Assembly: GCA_963752595.1 (NCBI GenBank)
Contig: CAVVYZ010000005.1
Location: 128,001-192,000, forward strand
Reading direction: 5' to 3'
From: an uncultured delta proteobacterium
GTDB lineage: Bacteria > Desulfobacterota > Desulfomonilia > UBA1062
DNA length: 64,000 nucleotides
Shown: positions 58,901 to 64,000 of the stretch, piece after piece
How positions within the stretch are numbered: position 1 is the first letter of the stretch
Layout: every line of letters begins with the position of its first letter
Program-made: the position numbers and the translations under genes
The notes under the pieces: model-generated
Databases searched by the model: none
Told to the model about the DNA's origin: nothing
Seen by the model: only the letters and a program-made list of their open reading frames with translations

Positions 58901-60118
58901 ATGGAAAAATTGACGCAAAGAGAGCATGACTTCAGCGCAAAGCTGCGACAGAGGTCGGTTATCGAAAACTTACGGCAGTACATAACCTGGCAGCGCGAAG
59001 TGAGAAATCAGGGATCTCATAGCTCCCTCCCGCCAAAAGGCCCCGTATCGGTCAATATGGACCTTACCTCGGCGTGTAATTTCCGGTGCCCCCACTGTGT
59101 GGACTCCGGGATCATCAACACAGGCGAGTCCCTCGATCTGGACACCATCAAACAGAGCATCGATACGCTCCAGGAGAAAGGCCTGCTCTCGGTGATCCTC
59201 ATCGGCGGCGGCGAGCCCACGGTTCATAAGGATTTCGAGGAGATCGTCCGGTTCATCCGGGGAAGAAACATCCAGGTGGGAATAGCCACGAACGGCTCCC
59301 GGCTCGAACGCGTCGAGAAAGTAGCCGGGCTGCTCAAGGAGGGTGACTGGCTCCGTCTTTCCCTCGATTCGGCCCGCGAGGAAACATTCAGGAAATCCCA
59401 CCGGCCGGCGGGCAGCATTACGCTCCGGAAGATATTAGAAGATGCCAGCCGGATCAAGGAGTCCAATCCCATGATCTCGCTTGGCTATTCCCATGTCATT
59501 GTCTGGGAGGGCATCCGGTACAACGGCCATGAGCTCACCCCGAATATCGAGGAAGTACCCGAATCGGTGCGCATGGCAAGGGAGTACTCCTTTGATTATG
59601 TCTCCTTCAAGCCATGCCTGCTACGGCTCGAGGGGTCGGGAAAAGAATCCCTGTTCGACCCGCCGGACCCGGAACGTGAAGACAAGATCATCAGCAAGGT
59701 CCGGGAAAAGATTGCAGAGGCGGAACACCTGAGCGGGCAGTCGGTCAATGTGCTCAAGAGCGTCAACCTCCAGGCCATGATGGAGAGAACGCTCCACGAG
59801 CTGAAAAAACAGCCAGTGGTGTGTCATTCGCAATTTTTCAGGACCGTGCTCGCACCTTCGGGGATCTTCCAGTGCCCGGCATTGCGCGGGGTCAGCAACG
59901 GGCGGATCGCCGGAAACGAGGGCTACCGGGGGCAGCAGCGTTTCCTTCAGACGCAACAGAGCCTGGAGAAATCCATCAAGGGGTTCGATGCGGCGCATGA
60001 GTGCAGCGTGGTCGTCTGCTTCTACCATCATGTGAACTGGTGGATCGAACGGTTCATCGAATCGTCCAGGGACGTATCCGAGATCGTCATGGTGGAGGAT
60101 AACAATTTCTTTCTGTAA
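58901..60118 (+). CDS. Radical SAM enzyme with C-terminal twitch/SPASM-like Cys cluster
   Basis: CNFRCPHC, GGGEP, ATNG, LRLSLDS; C-terminal Cys in VCHSQ, FQCPA and ECSVVVC. Confidence 0.9.
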   Translation: MEKLTQREHDFSAKLRQRSVIENLRQYITWQREVRNQGSHSSLPPKGPVSVNMDLTSACNFRCPHCVDSGIINTGESLDLDTIKQSIDTLQEKGLLSVILIGGGEPTVHKDFEEIVRFIRGRNIQVGIATNGSRLERVEKVAGLLKEGDWLRLSLDSAREETFRKSHRPAGSITLRKILEDASRIKESNPMISLGYSHVIVWEGIRYNGHELTPNIEEVPESVRMAREYSFDYVSFKPCLLRLEGSGKESLFDPPDPEREDKIISKVREKIAEAEHLSGQSVNVLKSVNLQAMMERTLHELKKQPVVCHSQFFRTVLAPSGIFQCPALRGVSNGRIAGNEGYRGQQRFLQTQQSLEKSIKGFDAAHECSVVVCFYHHVNWWIERFIESSRDVSEIVMVEDNNFFL

Positions 60119-60133
60119 GGGGATCATTGCACG

Positions 60134-61123
60134 ATGAGGATAGGAGTTATCCACCTCAACCAGATCGGAGACCTGGTGTTTTCCCTGCCCCTGCTCAAGG
60201 GCCTTAAGGATCACTATCCTCATGCTGAAACCCATTCGATCCTGAAACCCCATCTGAAAAGCCTGCTCGACGGATCTGCCTTTGTGGATACGATTATCCC
60301 CAGGAAGGGAGGCATCAAGGAAACGTTTCTGCTCCTGAAAAGCTTGCGGCAGAACCGGTATGACCTCCTCATAAACCTTGCCCGCTCGGAAGAGGCATTC
60401 GTGCTCACCTGCCTCAGCAGTGCCGGGAAAAAGGCAGGATTCGAGCGGTTCCTGTGGGATGCATGCCTCGATGTAAAGGAGATCGTGAAAGGCCACAACA
60501 GCTGGTACAACAACGCAAGGCTCCTGGCAAAGCTCGGCATCAAGCCCTCTGCAGAAACCTATGTAGGCCTGCTGCCGATCCAGCCGGGAGAGTGCAGCGT
60601 GAGCGTGCCCGAGCCTTATGTGGTGATCTCTGCCGGGGCATCTCCCAGGAGGCTCATCAAGGCATGGGATGAGGAAAAGTTTGCGCAGCTGATCGTATCC
60701 CTTCACGAGCGGTATCATCTCCGGCCTGTCCTGGTCGGCGCCGGCGACACCATGGACAGCAATTCCCTGATTATGAAGGAGGTGCATGATCATCCGGGGG
60801 GCAGGGACATCGACGTCCGAAACCTTACGGGCAGCTTAAGCTTACGCTCGCTTGCAGCGCTCCTGACGAAGGCACGGCTGTTCGTGGGAATCGATTCCGG
60901 GGTAATGCATCTGGCGTCAGCCGCAGATATCCCGGTTGTGGCTCTGTTCGGCCCGACCGATCCGGCCTATGTGGGCCCCCAGAACAGAAAGAGCGTCGTT
61001 GTCCGCACCGACATGGACTGCATGCCCTGCTACATGAAAAAGACCTGCACCCATGTGGATTGCATGAGGAAGCTGACGGCAGGACAGGTCATGGATGCAT
61101 GCATCGGGCTCATGGAATCCTAA
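60134..61123 (+). CDS. Glycosyltransferase family 9 (heptosyltransferase-like)
   Basis: NQIGDLVFSLP, KAW, GIDSGVMHLASA, ALFGPT, CMPC..C..C. Confidence 0.92.
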   Translation: MRIGVIHLNQIGDLVFSLPLLKGLKDHYPHAETHSILKPHLKSLLDGSAFVDTIIPRKGGIKETFLLLKSLRQNRYDLLINLARSEEAFVLTCLSSAGKKAGFERFLWDACLDVKEIVKGHNSWYNNARLLAKLGIKPSAETYVGLLPIQPGECSVSVPEPYVVISAGASPRRLIKAWDEEKFAQLIVSLHERYHLRPVLVGAGDTMDSNSLIMKEVHDHPGGRDIDVRNLTGSLSLRSLAALLTKARLFVGIDSGVMHLASAADIPVVALFGPTDPAYVGPQNRKSVVVRTDMDCMPCYMKKTCTHVDCMRKLTAGQVMDACIGLMES

Positions 61124-61220
61124 GGGGCTATGTTACATACAGATTTTTTAAGGATACGAAAGATCCTTCGTCCACAGAAAAGACACCCAGACTCATCGAT
61201 AGGAGAAAAAGAGATCCATT

Positions 61221-62678
61221 ATGGGAAATAAGGCATTACGAATCATGATTGAGAATATCTCGTCCAAGTATCCCGACCACAGGTGGGAACTCGTCAGCGA
61301 GAGGTCTATCAGATGCATTTACCGGCTCTTACGAAAGGATTCGGTAGAGTACTACGTAAAAATCTACAACCCGAATACATGGCTGGAAAAGATCAGAAAT
61401 TTCCTGAGCCCGAGGACGCTTCACGAAGCTGTCCTGCTCAAGCAGCTTCAGTACTCAGGCATTCCTGTGCCCGAGGTACAAGAGCATATCCGCTTGAACC
61501 AGGGGAGCGCACTCATCACGCGGGCGATCTTCCCTGCGAAGGGGCTTCATGAGGTCGAAAGAGACACCCAGATCAGGATCATGCTCGGGATGTGCATAGA
61601 CCTCATCAACCACGGCTATCACTTTACCGATATGCACGCAGGGAACATCATCCTCGATGAAAAGGATAAGCCTTTCCTCGTCGATGCCTATGAGATCATC
61701 CCCTGCAGGAGGATCACCCCGAAAAATGCCGCTTCCCTCATTGCCCAGGCGGCGAACATCTACGACCTCTCGGGCAAGGATCTCGACCCCTACTTAAGGC
61801 GGATCGATGCGATTACGGACCAGGGCAAGCTTAAACGCAAGATCCGCTCTCTGGCCCAGTCATTCCGGAATGCACAGGTGAAAAGGAGAATCAGGAGAAG
61901 CTTCCGTGAAGGAAGTTTCTCCTGCACCTGTGATAACGGGTCGTACCAGGCACTGTTGCGCCGCGGGTTCCCGCTCGATCTCGACAGCATCATCAATGAG
62001 CACTTCGCAAACGTCTCAACGCAAACCAACATCTACAAGTTCCAGGGCAAGACCCAGCTGAGCAGGGTTGGAGATTACTGCATCAAATCGTATAAAAAGC
62101 CGGCTCCTTTCACCATGCCCTATGCAAAGCGCTCATGGAGGGGGGCGTTGACGCTCCTGTTCAACGGCATTCCCGTTGCCGACCCTGTGGCGCTGGTGCT
62201 TTTCCGCGACAAGAAGAGCATGCTCATCACCAAAGCCCTCGACCAGCCTGACCTCGATAAGTTTATCGAGTGCGAATACGACCGCATGTCCTTAGACGAC
62301 AAGCACCGCATCGCGAAATCTTTGGGATCGCTCATAGGAGACCTCCATAAAAAGAAAATCTACCATGCGGACCTCAAGGCTTCCAATATCAAGGCCGACC
62401 TGTCAGGGTCGAAATTTTTTCTCCTGGACACGGACCGCGTGGAGCAGAAACGCATCCTCTCTCTCCGCAAAAGGCTGAAAAACCTCGTGCAGATCAATAC
62501 GAGCATCCCTTTACGGGTGAGCCGTCAGGTAAGGAGGCTCTTCATCGAGGCGTACTGTGCGGTCACCGGTGACGACCCGAAGGACATGTTCAGGAGGGTG
62601 TGGAAACTCTCTTCCGGGCAGGAGGTCGTTTATCGCACCGCCACTGGGGACCGCATCGAAAGATGGCGGAAGCCTTAA
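61221..62678 (+). CDS. LPS core kinase (WaaP/Kdo/InaA-like) with tandem kinase domains
   Basis: First domain YVKIY..HEA..GIPVPE..TDMHAGNII..LVD; second domain CIKSY..GIPV..IYHADLKASNI..LLDTD. Confidence 0.85.
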   Translation: MGNKALRIMIENISSKYPDHRWELVSERSIRCIYRLLRKDSVEYYVKIYNPNTWLEKIRNFLSPRTLHEAVLLKQLQYSGIPVPEVQEHIRLNQGSALITRAIFPAKGLHEVERDTQIRIMLGMCIDLINHGYHFTDMHAGNIILDEKDKPFLVDAYEIIPCRRITPKNAASLIAQAANIYDLSGKDLDPYLRRIDAITDQGKLKRKIRSLAQSFRNAQVKRRIRRSFREGSFSCTCDNGSYQALLRRGFPLDLDSIINEHFANVSTQTNIYKFQGKTQLSRVGDYCIKSYKKPAPFTMPYAKRSWRGALTLLFNGIPVADPVALVLFRDKKSMLITKALDQPDLDKFIECEYDRMSLDDKHRIAKSLGSLIGDLHKKKIYHADLKASNIKADLSGSKFFLLDTDRVEQKRILSLRKRLKNLVQINTSIPLRVSRQVRRLFIEAYCAVTGDDPKDMFRRVWKLSSGQEVVYRTATGDRIERWRKP

Positions 62679-62685
62679 CAGGAAT

Positions 62686-63669
62686 CTAGGACGAATTTCT
62701 GACTGTCCCTTCCAGGATGGGCTTGAACTCCTCCATTATATCCTCCGGCCGGATCGAGGTCAGGCATACCGGATTGTTGCAGCTCCGCTTGTTGCAGGGA
62801 ATGCAGGAGAAATTTTTTCGAATCACCCGTCCACGGTACGGGCCGGTTCTCCGGGGATCTGCGGGGCCGAACAGGGCAATGACATCCTTTCCCAGGGCAA
62901 CCGCGAGGTGCATGGGCCCGGTGTCGCAGCTCACGACAACACCGGCACCGGAGAGGACCGTGACCAGTTCCATGATCGTAGTCTTCCCTACGAGGTCGAT
63001 AACCTGCGATGTTGCCTCTTTCATGACGGCATCAGCCATCTCGTGGTCGCCGCTTCCTCCGGTGAGCACGCACGGGATGCGGTAGCGGTCCGTGACAAGG
63101 CTCGCAAGGGAGGAAAAGCCTTCGGCTGTCCACCTGTTGGCGGACTTCGTGGCGCCGATATTGAGAACGACATAGGTCTCGGGCAGGAGGACAGGTGGCG
63201 CATCTCCCTCAGGGATGGCCCATTCCGGCTGTATCCTGGGAACTCCGAGATAATCGGCGAATTCAAGATACTGGTTGACCATATGGCTCGTGGGGTCGTA
63301 CGGGGTGATGCGCTCATAAGGCATGATCCAGGTCATCTCTTTGCACCGCGCCCTGTCGAACCCGATGCGCCTGCCCGAGGAGGAAGCCATGCACAGCAGT
63401 GCGGATTTTGCAATCCGCTGGAGGTCGAGCGCCACATCGAAACGCCTGCTTCTTACCTCACGAAGGACCTCGGGCAGTGATTTCTTCCATCTCGACCTGT
63501 CGAAGAGGATTACATGATCCACAAAGGGGTGCCTGGAGAGGATAGGGAAACTCAAAGGCTCGGTTACCCAGTGGATGCGGGCGCCGAGGTGCTGCTTCAG
63601 CCTGATCGCGAGCGGCAGCGTATTCACCACATCGCCCAGCGCGCCTAGTTTGATGATCAGGATATCCAT
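62686..63669 (-). CDS. Glycosyltransferase family 9 (heptosyltransferase I-like)
   Basis: IKLGALGDVV.TLP, DLQ...KS, DTGPMHLA, LFGP.DP.RTGP. Confidence 0.92.
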   Translation of the reverse strand: MDILIIKLGALGDVVNTLPLAIRLKQHLGARIHWVTEPLSFPILSRHPFVDHVILFDRSRWKKSLPEVLREVRSRRFDVALDLQRIAKSALLCMASSSGRRIGFDRARCKEMTWIMPYERITPYDPTSHMVNQYLEFADYLGVPRIQPEWAIPEGDAPPVLLPETYVVLNIGATKSANRWTAEGFSSLASLVTDRYRIPCVLTGGSGDHEMADAVMKEATSQVIDLVGKTTIMELVTVLSGAGVVVSCDTGPMHLAVALGKDVIALFGPADPRRTGPYRGRVIRKNFSCIPCNKRSCNNPVCLTSIRPEDIMEEFKPILEGTVRNSS

Positions 63670-63797
63670 TTTATCTCTGTTATTTCATAATTCATTTTTT
63701 CGCAAGTCCGGGGCATTATCCCAATGATTTACATAAAGGAAAACCTGAGGTATGTACGAGTCCGGACAGATCATCTTCGGATAAAAGGGTTTTTTCT

Positions 63798-64000
63798 ATG
63801 GTGAGCATAATCATCGTCACCCTCGGGGACAGCGAGATGCTTCGCGGGTGCATTTCTTCAGTGAAGGAGCACGTCCGCGTGCCCCATGAGATCATCCTGG
63901 TGAACAATTCCCCTGCCCTGCTTCCTTATTCCGGAGACGATACGATCCGGTGCTTTGAGAACGGGCATAACATGGGATTTGCCCGTGCCGTGAACAAAGG
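63798..64000 (+). CDS. Glycosyltransferase family 2 (runs off the window edge)
   Basis: MVSIIIVT..CISSV..EIILVNN..N.HNMGFARAVNKG. Confidence 0.85.
   Translation, partial: MVSIIIVTLGDSEMLRGCISSVKEHVRVPHEIILVNNSPALLPYSGDDTIRCFENGHNMGFARAVNK

Overview
A 64 kb gene-dense chromosomal segment from a Gram-negative anaerobe, most likely Desulfobacterota/deltaproteobacterial. That placement is inferred from the ispE-spoVG-tRNA-Gln-prs order, DUF1844-DegQ, fused RdgC and MEDS/PAS kinases. It holds core genes (prs, ispE, accA, dnaE, guaB, sppA, rpsA, hpt, ruvX, mltG), ion and osmotic-stress functions (KtrAB, Pit/DUF47, CorA, GpgS-type glucosylglycerate synthase), an orphan motAB pair, c-di-GMP signalling genes, and the start of an LPS core cluster. 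Many genes, including essential ones at 38-49 kb, carry single-base indels best explained as uncorrected long-read errors; I stitched these by eye, so their coordinates are approximate. I found no CRISPR array, rRNA, transposase, integrase or prophage gene. The best candidate for an undescribed system is a Gfo/Idh/MocA oxidoreductase + twitch-like radical SAM enzyme + GT9 + double LPS kinase operon (58.0-62.7 kb), possibly making a modified LPS core sugar. Other leads are a ~190 bp nested palindromic element, four sigma28-like promoters linking motAB to c-di-GMP enzymes, a NUDIX-RsbRD_N-like fusion, a sigma54-driven unknown gene coupled to pilD, and structured non-coding regions. All calls come from visual motif recognition; no database searches were run.
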